64,000 bases of DNA, taken from the NCBI GenBank assembly GCA_013265495.1, contig MU058221.1, positions 186,001-250,000 on the forward strand, written 5' to 3'. A program made the translations under genes and the position numbers. This stretch comes from Vicugna vicugna. Its lineage: Eukaryota. Shown piece after piece: positions 37,532-51,592 of this stretch (position 1 is the stretch's first letter; every line of letters starts with the position of its first letter). The notes below the pieces were generated by a model. That model did no database searches, was not told where the DNA came from, and worked only from the letters and a program-made list of their open reading frames with translations.

Positions 37532-37997
37532 ACTGAGAGCTGAGCTAGGCCTCACTGTCTATATTAATACAACTTTGTGCTTTCCTGTCTTCATTAGCGT
37601 AACTTTACTACTCAGGCAAACGGCTTGATTGCTCATTATAGGAACTTCCCAAAAGACTTTTCAACTCTTCAGTGGAAAACATCAGACAGTTTAAGCCTTA
37701 TGATTTTTTAAATCCCTCTTCTCAAAATCCTCACATCACTGCTTCTGCCACGCTGGGACCATTGTGTTATAATTCTTAACAGTCCTAATCAAATCCCAGA
37801 GATGCCCCCCTCAGTCCCCCTGGAAAGATCTGCCCAAATCGAGCTTCCAGACGCCGGCATGTTCTGGCCTCACCTCCTCCTCTCTCAGGTGCGGCCGAAG
37901 CAGTCCCAGGTGGCCTTCTTCCTGGGCCATGGTGAGCAGTCAGCTCAGATTAGCCTCCCAACAGGTCGTGTCGGTCACATCTGGGGAGCCAACTCTC
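37532..37997 (+). mobile_element. Old ERV1-class LTR (tentative)
   Basis: LTR-like sequence ending ...CAACAGGTCGTGTCGGTCACATCTGGGGAGCCAAC; subfamily not resolved. Confidence 0.45.
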
Positions 37998-38343
37998 CAT
38001 GCTCATCGATCACAGTAACAACCATCAAAGGATGCTAAAGACACACAGAGAACAGAGATGTTCCTAATGTTTCCCTTTTCCTGGGCCTCCCGTGTCCTCA
38101 GACATCCTGACTACATACATCACCACGCACACGCACACGCGCACATGCACACACACCCCTGTATGCTCAGCGGGGTGCACTTTGTTCATTGTTCTTTTCA
38201 TGATTGCCAAAGGGGTCTACACTGTGCACAGAAGCAAGGAGGCAAAGACAAGCAGAGTGAGCAGCTAGGTTCGTAGGGCTTCCGTCTGCCTGGATGCTCC
38301 TGGGATTCACGTACACTCGGGTAGGTAGGTTGTGACAGGGAAA

Positions 38344-39036
38344 TGTAAGTAACAACAGAATCTCCTCCCAACCCAGAAAAATCTCTCCACTAAGTTATTA
38401 GAGAAGTAAAATTGTCTTATTACTGAATAAGCATTAAGCCAGAATGGGATGTGCCTCACAGGCAATCTGCTAAGAGATTGCAAAGACAGAAAAGAACCTC
38501 ACCGCCTCACGTATCCGAGCAGACACAACCAAGTCCACGCACGTTCTCAATGATTGCTAGTCCTCGAGAGGACTCGACAGCAGCCTTGGGCACACACAGA
38601 TCATCGTAACTTTTGTCTGGCAATCGGCACAATCATTTGTGTTAACTAATTGGCTTTATACAAAGGAAAAACTTCTCATATCTCTTCCACCACGGACAAG
38701 ATGTAGTTTTGCAACTTTGGAGCAAGATACTCATCAAAGTCAGGTCCCTAGCCTCCCACCGAAATAGGGGTGATGTCAGCCTTTCAGAGGCTTGATGTTA
38801 GCATCCAAAGGGTGGCTGCCAGGTCCTTGAAAAAGACACTCCTGGGTCATAAACCTGACAAAGGGCCCATCTGGTTTTCAAACAGATTCGCACAGATTTC
38901 AAAGAGAGAAGAAAGTACTCACAGGTTTAAGGTTTCTAAAGTCGGTGCTCCAAGAAAAAGGAGAGGACGGGAAATCTTCCCTTATCATAAACAGGGAGGA
39001 TTAAGCCTCTTATTTAAAATATGTGCTCATCCTTAC
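38344..39036 (-). mobile_element. ERV1 (MER4-group-like) solo LTR
   Basis: Minus strand begins GTAAGGATGAGC...AAATAAGAGGCTTAATCCTCCCTGTT and ends ...TTACTTACA. Confidence 0.75.
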
Positions 39037-41993
39037 GTTGTGCAGGCACTGACTGCAGTGACCCGCCCTGCCACGGCGGCTGCTTCATCTGTGTTGGGTA
39101 CAGTTTGTAGTTCAGTGGAAAGCTATGTACTCTCTAGACCGATCTAATTCCAGACTCCCGCTGTCTTTGCACTGTTTGGTCTCTCTATAAATTGTAGGCG
39201 ACTAGCAGCAATGCAGAATAATTCCTGTTTGTAGACGTGCAAATTCTGTCCTATCCGGCAGAAATTAGAAGTTCAGCTGACTCCCCTCTTCCACCATGGA
39301 CAAGGCCAGCTTGCCTCCATTTGCACATTCATTTTACTATTTCCTACCTATAGGTGTACCTCTTCTTCGATTTCTCATTTTTGCTAATTTCCCCATCTTC
39401 CTAGTCCCTCGCTGAGTAATGAGCTAAGTAAAATCTTTAATACGTGTTTATTTTATATCTGTATGAATGTCAGGGTTTTACCTTTTTTGAAAATTACTCC
39501 TTAACACCTGGCACGGACCCAGGCTTGCCGCCATTCTCAAGTTCCAGTCTTCGCTCTGAATCTGGCTGTATGACTTTGAAGAGACCTTATTAATAACTCA
39601 GTAAAATTTAGGTGCTAGTTAAGAAAACATGGTAAAAATGGACAGTGATCAGGAGCAGAACCTGGCCAGAGTGCCTCTGACAGCCCCACAGAAATCCGCT
39701 GTGTGACCTGGTTTATCCAGTTAGGAGAGTGGCGTTAACTTGCTCACCGGCAGTTTTTGACCAGCAGTTCTCCGTATCCTTTGTGCCTGATGCTCAGCTT
39801 TCTATGTGTCGAAGGCACTTTATCCTGACACTCGGGGAGGAGGTGGTGTTTGTTCATCTTCTTGCTCTGTAATGTTATGGGTTGTCTGCTTTTTGCTGTT
39901 CTCAAAATGGCACTGGATTTATGGTACGATTCTCCAAGTCCGATGAACCCCATATCTCCTGTCGTTGGCAGAGCTCCAACGCCTGGAGCTTCTGAGGGAG
40001 ACAGATAATAATTATGGCAATAATGATTTGCCCAGGCATTGCCAGATGCTGGTGCATGATGTGGGAAGTTTCTTCTGATACCTTCAGAGGAGAGGCATTT
40101 GATCTGAAGCATGAAATATGGTAAACTCACCAGTATGGTAACTGAGAATAGATGAAACAGGTGAGAGGGGTGGTTTCTTTGTATCAGAAAATTCATTAGA
40201 GGCTTATAGGTAATCCTCCAGGTGAAGTGCGAGACAAACACACTGAATTCTGTGAAGGGAGCCCCCTCCATGGGTCCCTTAATTTTGGAATTATGTTCAC
40301 CTTCTTTCTCAGATCTTTTGATACTCAGATTTATCTCATTGGTATTTCCATGTGTGAAAGGTACCCTAACATTTTCACTTTTCAAAACCAAAGTCTTAGA
40401 TCAAACAAAGACTGCATACTCCTTAACAGATTTCTCATCCACAGCAGTATTCTGAAAGTCTAGATGAAAGGAATGCATTTTACTGCCTAAGTCTGATAAA
40501 TACCAAATAAGCATGGCTGTTCTGGAAACCTAGATTATCATTATTTTCTGCCTGTGTTCATCTCTATGGTCACAAAAGGAGTCAAACATCTATTTAGTCA
40601 TTTTAATTTGTCAGTATTTATGTTCTAAGCTCACTATCATGTAGAATTTCTTCCTAAATATGAGCACCAAGATGTGGTATTTCTTCTATTCTGTGTCTCT
40701 TCTTACATTACTTTGGGATCTTCTTTTCTGGCCACCTGAATCCTAGGACTTCTATGCATGTCTCACTATTGCCAAAAAGCAAAGTCCGGCAGCTGCCCAT
40801 ATGCCAGGTACCTCCCATCATATGAGCAAGACGTGCACTTCTGGCCAAGCACATGACCCACTGCTTCTTGGGGATGCCAGACTCTGCTCCTTCCATCTTT
40901 GGTCTCCACACCCATTCAATCCACAACAGTCTTTGGCTTAGACAATAAAAGAGCCTTATTTCAACTTCATCTCTTGTCCCTTGCCAGTCTTCTCATGATT
41001 TCTAGATAAATATTTTTCAGAAATAACTTGGATCAGACTACTATGCTGCTAAAACATCCTGATATCTTAATGATAAAAACATCCAAACTCCTCTGTGTGG
41101 ACTGTAACAGTCCACAGATCTGTTTCTTTCCTACCTCAATGTCAGTAACTTCCTCTTTTTCCTTGCCCACTTCATGTCAACCTCTTCTTTCTGAACTTGG
41201 AACACAGAAGGATCTTTCTGTCTTGAGTTTGGCTTTTTTATACAATTCCTTCTGGCTGGACCCTCTCTCCCACAGCTCTTCACAGGTCTGATTTCTTGTT
41301 ATCGTCTCTTCTTCAATGCCTTTTCCTCAGAGAGGCGTGATGGCAGAGATGGCCAACATTTGTGCTCCCTTTCCATAGGTCTTGGGAAGCGACTGGCCAG
41401 TCGCTTACATTCCTTATATCTGGATGGGGTCATGTGACCACTTTTCCTCAATGGGATGTGTGTAGAAATGATGTGGTCATTTCTGCACTGTAGGGTTTAA
41501 AAAGTGACATTCACTTTCTATCCCCTCTCTCTCCGTTGGCTAAATAGCTCTGGAGGTGAATACGACCTATTCCTTCGTTTGCATACCACTAAAAATTATG
41601 TGACTGGTGTGTCCACTGTGGCTCCATCCTAGCTGAATTTGAGAATTCCTCATTTTAGCTCCACCTACCATAAACAACTTTCTCCATGGAAAAGCACTCC
41701 TAAATAAATAAGAACAAGAAAAAAAAAGTATGTTAACAGCCAGAATGACTAAATCTTGCAACAGTACCTGTGGTTACGGAGAGTGCAGAAACAACTAAAA
41801 GTAATGATAATAGTCTTTGCTCGTCTAGTTCTGTACTGCTTACAAAACAGTTTATACGAACACTAGTTCCTTGAATATAAACTGGTATTTGTTAAATTAG
41901 CTGTCACATGGTAAATAAAAGCACTCTCATATTTTAAGCGTATCTCCCTTAAGATATATGAAAACTGCGTCATGTCTATATGCTAAGCCTGGT

Positions 41994-42368
41994 TGTCTTA
42001 GTTTGCTGGGGCCGCCATGGCAGGGTGCCACGACTGTGTGGCTCACACAACAGAAACTGATTTCTCACAGATCTGAAGTTTGGAAGTTCAGGATCAAGGT
42101 GTGGATAAATTTGGTTTCTCCTGAGTCCTCTCGCCTTTGCTTGCGGATGGCTGCCTTCTGGCTGTGCCCTCAGCCTTTTCTCTGTGTGCTCAGATCCCCA
42201 GTGCCCCTCTTCTTATAAGGGCACCAGTCGTACTGAACTGGGGCCCCATCCTCATGACTTTACTTAACCTTAATTGTTTCTAAAGGCTCCATCTCCAAAT
42301 GCACTTACACGGGGGGGTTGGGCTTCAAATTATGCATTTTGAGTGGGAGACATAATTCAGTTCATAAC
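41994..42368 (-). mobile_element. MLT1A/B-like MaLR LTR
   Basis: TGTCTTAGTTTGCTGGGGC...CAACAGAAACTGATTTCTCACAG...CTTCTTATAAGGGCACCAGTC...ATAATTCAGTTCATAAC. Confidence 0.85.
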
Positions 42369-45300
42369 CCCATAGAAACCCCCCAAATGAGAAAAATTAA
42401 CTCCAAAGCTTTTAGGGTTGGGCCCCCCTCCAGAAAATCTAGGCCAAGATTTACCCTGAACTTGGAGCCTCATGTTTAACAAAGGACATCAACATATTTT
42501 GGTGAGATTTCTACATCTTTAATTAAGTCCATGGGTGCAGTATAAAAAGGGCCTGCAGACGCTACCCTTTGCCTGGGGATTTATCTAGGCTTTTTGCATT
42601 GATCCCTCCAGAAGGCTCCCTGCCTGGCTTTTAAATTTTCCCTGAACACAACTCTAAGTTTCTCACCCTTCACCTTGGGCCATCGTGACGTCTGTTTATG
42701 TCATATGGGCCTCACTTTGTTTGCCACAGACAGCAGGATTTGTACTATTATTTTGTACTTACTATAAAAGAAAACAATTTGAATTCGATGAGTGAAAGAC
42801 TATAATTATAGATCATTATAAAAACATAACATCTTACCAAGCTGAGGCTTGTGTGATGCATGGCAAAATCAGTACCCAGCCGCTGACTTTCCTAGAGAGA
42901 GCGCTGTCAGGAACTCAAAGTGCTGGGTTTGTGCTCCTCAGTGACAGCACTGGCGGGCTCTCTGTGCCCAAAGGGTAGTTCTGTAAATGCTTCTGCTCCT
43001 TGAAAATAAAACTGAGTTTTAACAAATTATGAAATACGGCGACATCCTTGGGGAAATAAAGCATTATAAATTCTATGCCATAAACAGTATAGTTTGCCAA
43101 TTCCATGTCTGTATCCATTACTTATATGTTGCTAAATAAATAGAAGCCTTACCTGTTTCTTATAGAAAGGACATATCAACATTGTTTCTAGCTGCAGGAG
43201 ACTGAAAACTTGATAACGTTTGAAATATCCATTGAAGTTTTGTAGAAGCAGATGGTTATAAATGTGCTATATTTGAACTTTAAAATTGCTTTGAAGAAAC
43301 ATACTTGAAACAAAGAACAAAGATTTGTTTTAAGAAGATTGGTAGGGCTGTGACAGTTTGAAGTTTAAGAAGTTCTGAACAGATGAGGGTTTAACCATAA
43401 ATCTATTGCTATTTTACGTACAAGCTAAACCGCCATGGTCATCTCTTTAGACAAGCATTATGAATTTGTAGAGATATTAAACCCAAGATCTTAAATGCCC
43501 AAGGCAAAGAAAGTAAAATAACCAATGTAGTTATTAAGTCTCACAGGAAGCTCAGTAGATTATTAACATTCATAAGAAAAATTCCAAATTAATGACCTAG
43601 AGAGAATAATATTTGAGTTCAATGATACTGACAAAAGACATGTCTCTAATAATGAGTAAATAACGGCCATTTGAGTTTTACCTTGTCGTGGGGCTGGGCT
43701 TTGATGAAGATTTGTAAAGTGGTTACTACCTTTTATAACCTTGGAAAAGCACTATGTGAAGTAGCCTCATTATATTTAGCTTCAATGTCTTAAATTTATA
43801 GAATCAAATTGCAAAAGGTAGTTATGTTAGAATAAATGTATCATTGTGATCTGTGACTTATAAATCAGAATGTTTGAGAGGACTGAAAGTGAAAACTTAT
43901 TTAATCAACTATATATTTTTGGACCCCAATTAGCTTTATTCTTCTCTCTTCATTTAATAAACCAAATTCATCTGTGTGTATGTGTGTGTGCACGTGTGTG
44001 TGTGTACGTGCTGTTGTGATGCTGTTTGGACTAGATTATTTCTGCTCCTTAGGCATTGTAAGTGACAGGCATGAGTTGAAACAAAACTACAAATCATATT
44101 TAGTTTAAATTGATGCAGTTTCTTTCCAAATGAAAGTTCCTCTTCGTCTCTTTTACAGTTGATACTGATGATTCCTGTTCTTTGAACTCATTTACGCTGT
44201 AAAAGCTGAACTTTTAGCAATAAAGCTACAGAGACCCAGAGGTTTCAATGAATTCATCAGTCCAGACAGTGTAACTGGTTTGTTGAGCTTGGTGACATAC
44301 AAATATGAAAATACTTTTTCTCCACCTACTGCTTTTAATCGTACTCTGTTGCATCTCCCTTTTTTCTTTGCCTCTTAATTACCTCTTAGATATTAAATTA
44401 CCACTTAATTGCCACTTTTAGATATTAAAACTCAATCCAGTCCATCTCTAATCTTGTGTCCTACCTAATTCCCAACAGGCGACTGACCTATGGCCGGATG
44501 GGTTTACAGTGGGAAGGCAACGTGGTCAGTTCCTTCACCTTCCCAGCTGCTTCTGCTTGCAGCAGTGAGGAGGGACCAGGGGAAAAGGGCAGGTACCCTC
44601 ATACTTACCGGCTTCTCACTGTAGTCTCCTCTTGCACGCTGGTGCGTTCCCATCCCACGGTGCCGGATGCATGACCCTTCCCTGTGCAGCCGTGGAGGTG
44701 CTGGTCCCCCCGGGACCTACATGTGGATTCCTCTGAGGCCCTTGCAGGAAGATGTCCAAAAATGTCTCCACAGGAGACACGCCTCTGGCCCTGGCGCGTC
44801 TATCCCACTCTCCTCTTCCTGCCTCCTCCCTGTCTCCCCACAGTCTCTTGTTTCTGGAGTCCACTTGTCTCATAATAAGGCAGCTCAGGCCCAGCTGCCC
44901 TGCACGTGTGTCCACTTGGCTCAACACAGATGACATATCTTTGGCACGACAAGAAGAGACTGCAACTTTCCGTCTGTTACCCACCTTCTCTCCTGCCACC
45001 CCTCACTGATTATCATCTCCCCCAGTCAAATAGGCACAGGAGGTTGTCAGAAATCTGCTTCAACAGCCAGCTTTATAATGAGACGTGTCCGCCCTTCCTG
45101 TAGGCCTCTGCGTCTCAGGAAGTCAGTCTCTTCCCGGCTCCGCTGGAAGCTGGGGGTGGGGGAATTGTTCCCTGTCCATTCAAGGGGATCGAGAGGAAAA
45201 CCTGAAGCCTTCTCTTTGGATGACTGCTCACAACTCTGATGGTATTTTGGATCTCAATCATTGGCTAGTCAGTTCAGGAAGGGAGGATGGCGGGTGGAGC

Positions 45301-46739
45301 CCAGACGGGGTCAACGCGGCTGGTTCTTGGTCGGTCAGAGGACGTGTTCCGCTCCAGGGGTTTTCTTTCCCTTGTGAACAACAGGGTCCTTACCTTGTCT
45401 CCGTCCCCACTTAACCAGCTGTGAAGTAGAGGCCAGCATGACATGTAACATCCCAGGTCATCAAGGGCCATCAACTGGCGTCTGTGCAGAACCAGCCCAG
45501 AAGATGATGCCAGAGAAAGAGGGCTGGGCTGTGGTCTGCAGCCACTCCCGGCTCAGCAGTCAGTAGCTTAGCTTTAATAATGGGCTGGCAGGAAAACCAG
45601 AATCCCCTGCAGCGGCACCTCTGGAAGCTTCTGGTGACCTACTGATCATGCCTTGCTGATTAGAAATTGTTCTATTAGCTCACACAGTATGAAATTTACA
45701 CTTTTTTCTAAATTAAATATGACAAAATATTGGCAATTTCATAGCATCATGAAATGTGGATTTAGTCATTCTCAGCCAGTCCTGTTATTTTGTCGGAGTT
45801 CAGAGCTGAAAGCTTCCTCTGATGGTTTTGAAGAGGAGAAAAATTGAGTTTTCAGGCAAAGTCTCTGACTTCTGCTCTAGTTTAATAAGAAGGCAAAGTG
45901 GATGAGTTTCCTCTGCTTATTGATGGAAATTTAAATAAGGATGAAAAGGCAAACTTTAGCAACAATAGGTTTTTTTTCCCTTTAAATTTAGAGTAGAATT
46001 TATCAATTTGAGTAATGGTTTTGCTATATTTAAAATATTTTAGTTATTTTTATTAAAAAGAATAGAAAAATGCAATCTCTTACGTGGAAAATAATAGTGC
46101 TAAAAGAAGTGAGAGAAATCTGATTGTCGTTTTAAATCTCAATTGTAAAATATTCTATTACATGAATTCGGAGGGAATGTTCCAGAATTACACTGTCTGT
46201 TTCCACCATTACTAGTGCTTCCAGGCAGCCGTGTCAAAAGTAACTCTGGTTTGTGGGACTCAGGCATTCTCACAAGGTTGTTAGGAATATAAAGCAGTAT
46301 CATGAACAAAAGACTGCTTTGTAATCAGTATGGAAGAGAGAGAGGCAGCGTAGTTTCAATATTGGGTAATCATCAGACCGACATGCGTGCAAAGTACCAC
46401 TGCATGAAAAAAGTAATTGCGAAGTTTTGTCAGAATTTTGCACAGATTTATACAGAAAATAGAAGACATAATGACTGAAACGTCTGTTATCTCCTTGAGA
46501 GACCAGGATGCACTTAACGATTGTCTCACGTACACCCTGTGAGAGACCCGGAGCTAATTCTGGAAGTTTCAAGGTCCTTAAAATGTGCACTGTGATGTTA
46601 AAAGTTGGAGCCTTTTAACCAGGCCTATTGCAGGTTCAAGGAGACACCCTGATAAGGATCTGGGGTCTGCAGGGGCCTCTCTTCTCCAGGAAAACATCAT
46701 CGGTGTGCCTTTATGAGGTCCTGGTAAGAGTGTTCATCG

Positions 46740-47220
46740 ATGGTTACCTTTTGAACAATCAGTTTGCTGTGCATCACAAAACTTAAACACATTCACATCC
46801 TTTGACCCTCCAATTCAAGCTCTAGAAGTAAATTTGTAATAAATATTTACACTTGTCTTATTAAACAAGGAAGTTTGTCTTAGAATTATTTAGATGTAAG
46901 AGTAAGAATTTAGGAACAATCTGGTATCTACCACTATGTATTGATTAAATTAAACATGGTGCATTCATATGATGAAATATTTTGATGTTGCGAATAAATT
47001 TAACGACATGGGAAAATGCTCATAATATATTATTAGGTGGAAAAAACCCACGTGACAAAACCGAGTATACATATGATCCCAATCTTTATATCTAGATCCA
47101 TTCAGGAAAAAATTCGAAGGATTTCAGTAGGACTGTGTTAGGGTACATGAGAGAGAACTTCCATTTTACTTTATGCTTTGTCTCTATCTTCTATAGTTTA
47201 AGTTCTTATCTAGAAAAAAA
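46740..47220 (+). mobile_element. Ancient L1M 3' fragment
   Basis: CCTTTGACCCTCCAATTC...CTAGAA; GATTAAATTAAACATGGTGCATTCATATGATGAAATAT; ACATGGGAAAATGCTCATAATATATT. Confidence 0.65.
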
Positions 47221-49709
47221 ATATTATCAAAAGCAAACTGAAATTAATTTAGTGAACTAGCATTTAATAGTAGTCGCTGTTCAAGAATATCTAATCATTT
47301 TCAATAGAAATTCATTTTGAGCTCTGCCTTTGCAGTGTAGAAGGGACATCTGTTTTCACATCTCTCTGTATGTGTCTCATTTGGACATATTTTCTCTGAG
47401 TACCTGGGGTCTACTTTTATAGGTGCGCTCCTGCTATAACGCCATCTTATCCTGAAGACGCATCATACCAGGAGCTGGAAATCTAAGTCATAGCTTCAAC
47501 TCTGTTATGGTGATAGGTCTGCAGACACATTTATTAACACCTGCCAAGCCTGGTGTGTCTGCCATTGTACAGAAAACAGACAAAGGAAACCAAATGCTAT
47601 AGCACTCAGACAGATTCACCTACGTGCAGGTGGTGGGTTGGGAGATTGTGAACGTAGGAAGGAGCAGACACTGGAGGATTATGTGGATGGAGGAAAAGAA
47701 AGGAGGCTCCGTAGTTCCAGCCTCTCCGTCTCCAAGGACAAGAAAGAAAGTAAAGGCTTTTTGGTCTTTCTGTAGACTAAAATCCAAGTTGTTGCTCTTT
47801 TCTGTGATGGAAGGAGTGGGTAGAATTCTCAAAGCAAATAGAAAACACCAACTCAAGTGGCTCGGAAAGGCTAAACTACACTTACGGCTTAAAAAGATGT
47901 CCTTCAAATAAAATTTATGAAGAACTTGTCTCTAATATGTAGCAGAAAAACTAATTTAAGGATTTTTTAATGCTTTTTGACTGGAAAGTTACAAGAGTTT
48001 CTTTTTTTTAAGGATGCTCAACCGGTATGCATACTTATTTGAATTTTTCTTAGTATTTTAAAATTTTGAATATTGGTAACGTACATGTGGCAGATACAGT
48101 GATTCTCCATCACCTGGAGACCCCACCATGCTTCTTGAATTAAGCTTTATTGCATTATTTTTAACATCTGAAGACGTACCACTAGATGGCACTTAAAATC
48201 CATGAGATGCAGAGGGCTGCTCCAACTGGGAGGCAAAAGACAGGGCAGGAATGCAACTTGAGTTCTCTAGGCAGTACTATCTGCTTTGCAGGAGAAGAAG
48301 AAAGGCAGACCCAAGGTTATTCTGAGACAATGGGAGGGTAGGATTCTTAAAGTGAATCTATAAAATGATAGAATGCTTTTCTTTAAATATAATTTCCCTT
48401 CACCTAAATTGATACTAATGAGCAGATTTTTAGCTCTAAGACACCAGGCTTTGGGACTAATGAGAGTGCAGTGTAAATAATGGAGGGCTGTGTTCTCTCT
48501 GAAGAGGTTTGGAGCATGCACGGGGAATCTAAACGTGGGGCTTTAACCCCAGTTTAGTGCCTGCTCTGTTGTTGGGCACCAGGCTAACTGCTCTTTTTGC
48601 CTGGGGTTTGTGTCTCTCGCATACACCAAGGGAGCAAAACCCAATGTAAGGGACATTGCGATGCGCAGAGTGGAGCAGTGGAGCGTAATGACTGATTTCA
48701 GAGACATGGCAATAGCAAACCAATCTCACTGAATGAGCAATCAGGTATGGATGGGGTGGCAGGTGGACTCGGAGGGGTGGTTGGGGTTCATTCTCAGCCA
48801 AGGCTCCACACAACATCATCAGGGGAAAACCCGAGACGAGTAAGCAACAGCCCCGCCTGCAGTGCCAGGCACCGGGCAGCGAGGCAGCCAGTGCGCAGGG
48901 AGGGGGTAGGTGGCTGGGCTGAGAATCAGGGTGTGGATTTGGTGTTGACTGGACAGCCAATCACCAGTGTGCCCTTGGGCGAGTTAAGGTGTCTTTAAGA
49001 CTCTGCTTCTAACTTAAAGATTGATGAGTTTAGTTTATATGATTTCTGAATTCCCACGCAAAGTTTCTAGATCGTGTCAGGAATGGTTTAATTTAGTCAC
49101 CACAACGGTTTCTCACACGGCATAGCAGAGAGTTTATTACCCTCCGTGTTTTCTGCAACAGGAGATGGAAGCAGGTGAATGTCCTGGCTCCAAGTCTAGG
49201 CATGGTCTGCTGCTGCTCAGAGTGACCGGGGCGTTCCAGCTTTGCTTGGGAGCCTGTGGGGAATGCAGACGCTCAGGCCTGATCCTGGACCTAGCACACC
49301 AGCATCTGCATTTTTAAAAACGAGATCCCAGGTAGATCATATGCACACTAGTTTGAGAAGCACTGTGTGGCACCACACTGCCGGAGACAGTCCCGGGTTG
49401 CCGCCCAGGAGAGCTAATTTTATAGATGTGACTCCTCTTTTTCTTCTTTACTGAGGAGGACATCCTTGAACTGAGGGCGGGATCCAGTCATTCCTTTGAC
49501 AAATACCCTCTAGGGTCACAGAAAAGGACAAGAATGAGAAGGTCTCTGTCCTTGTGGGTAAGTAAAGGAGTTACTTGTAGGAGCCCTTTTTTCCTATTCC
49601 TCTTTTTCTGTTTTCTACTTCAGAGTAGAATTTTAGCTGGTAGGTTGAGGCTTCAGTCTCCAGCAGCCTTTAGTTGAGGGGCTTTTCGAGTTTCTAAAAA
49701 TCTGAGATG

Positions 49710-49905
49710 GATTTTCTCAACAGCAACTCAGCTGACATTTTGGGTCAGATGCTTCGTTGTTGTGGGAGATGGACAGTCTTGTGTATTGCAGGACGTCTAA
49801 CAGCATCCCTGGCCTTTATCCAGAGATGTCAGTAGCCACCTCCCAGTTGTGACATCGCCAAGTGTCTCTGGAGGCTTTGTCCCCGTCTTACTGAGAACTA
49901 ATGAT
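49710..49905 (-). mobile_element. MER20 MITE
   Basis: TTTCTCAAC...TGACATTTTGGGTCAGAT...AGCATCCCTGGCCTT...CTGAGAACTAATG. Confidence 0.7.
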
Positions 49906-51039
49906 CTAAGAGGAGCCAGGAAGTCACCAAGGGGAGAAGCAGCCAGGAGTCAATGAAGAAGTCTGATGTGGTTATAAGGTTTTCAGAAAAAGAAAGGTAA
50001 ATGGGGACTTGAGCTTTCTTTCTCACTGTCAAAATGCCCTTCTTCATGGTAAGAAAGTAGATATGGGTTTGAGGCAGAAGGTCTGTTCAGAACTGTGTAG
50101 TATCCATGCTGAGCACTCTCTAAAATTAATTAGAGTTCTTCCTCTGGACAGTCGGTAGTCGAGACTACTTTTTCTTTTCTAAGTGAAGAGTGTGGTGGTA
50201 TCGCACGTCACACACTGAGCCAGCTGCAGAATCCATAAACAGGCGTGTATGTCACTGTAGATCCCCAAGCAATGAGATGGTTTTTTCCTTCTTCGGAGCC
50301 AACAGGACTGAAGTCATACGCCAGTGGTATGAATTGTCAAGCTCCTGGCTTAATATTCAAGTGAGAGAGGACAGACTTCTGAAGTGAGTATAATGCAAAC
50401 AAATTCCACCAGAATAAAATGAGAGCCTTTCTCCAGGACAAAAGTCAAAGGAGAACGGAGCTGTGTAAACTCTCTGCATTTTTGTGTTGTGAATGGAGGG
50501 ACAAGTAACCTTCCCGCGGTTCTGTGTAAATTCTAGAAGGTGGTCTGTCGCGACTCAGCTGTAGAAGGTGCCTCCTGAAATCCCTCCTCAAACGGAAAAT
50601 CTGCTCTCTTGACTCACTTGTTTAATCCTGGTGACTCATGTGAAAGCTGCGGACTTTAAAATGCAGGAGGGAAGCTGAAGGCAGGCTCAGGCAGCCCTTC
50701 CTCGGACCGGCAGCGTGGAGCGTGCTATCGGGAAGGCTGCAGCTCAGGGCTTTTTCCTTTGGTGCCAGCAAGAGGCAAACTGTAGGGAAGGTTCCCCCCA
50801 AAGTGCTGGCACCTCCTACCTTGGTGACATGCAACTTGCCTGTGGCACCGTGATCCCTAAGAGACGGATAATTCAGTTGAAGTAATTCCTCTGCCTCACT
50901 CTGTTTTCAGGCATCTCTGCCTTTGACAATCACAAGCAACCCTGGGGCATTTAGGGGGCACCCAACTGGAAATGCTGAGTGTAGGCATAGCCCCCAGGCA
51001 GACTGCGGTGCCCCCCATCCTCCCCCCCGCCCCGCGCTC

Positions 51040-51592
51040 AGTGAGTGGAGGAGAGCCCCATCACACCACCTGGGAGCTTGTTAGAAATGTAGAATCTTGG
51101 CCCCACCCCAGACCTATTAAGTCAGAATCTGCATTTTAACAAGATCCTGGGCTGATATTTAAGTTTGAAAATCAGCACTAGCCTAGACTGATAATGCTCA
51201 GCCCCGACTGCACATTAGCATACTCGGGGGGGGGATCTGGAAATATCTTGATGCTCAGGCTAAACCCCAGGCTAGTGGTTCCCAACTGGGGGTGACTTTT
51301 CCCCAAGTGGACATTTGGCAACATCTGTAGACATGTTTGGCTGTCAAGGCTGGAAGGGTGTACTGACAGCTAGTAGGCAGAGGCCAGGATACTGCCAAGT
51401 ACCCCACAGTGTGGCGGACAGTCCCTCATGACAAAGAATGACCTCGTCCAAGATGTCAAAGGGCCAGTGCAGGGGAACCTTCCTGTAGATGAATTAGATG
51501 AGGCTCTCTGGGGATGGGGACTAGTAACCACATACATGTTTTAATTCTTCTGAAGTGATTCCAATATGTGGTCACAGTTGAGAACCATTGGT
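51040..51592. mobile_element. Cluster of MER5 and MER20 MITEs (nested)
   Basis: ACCTGGGAGCTTGTTAGAAATGTAGAATC...AGAATCTGCATTTTAACAAGATC (MER5); TAGTGGTTCCCAACTGGGGGTGAC...GGACATTTGGCAAC (MER20). Confidence 0.7.

Noticed and set aside
39744..40391. 215-aa minus-strand ORF in non-repeat DNA
   Set aside because: Non-ATG start, no recognisable domain or splice context, and it lies antisense to a better-supported plus-strand exon candidate; likely chance.
44372..44430. Short imperfect tandem duplication (TTAATT...TTAGATATTAAA twice)
   Set aside because: Only two copies in AT-rich DNA; ordinary slippage, not an array.
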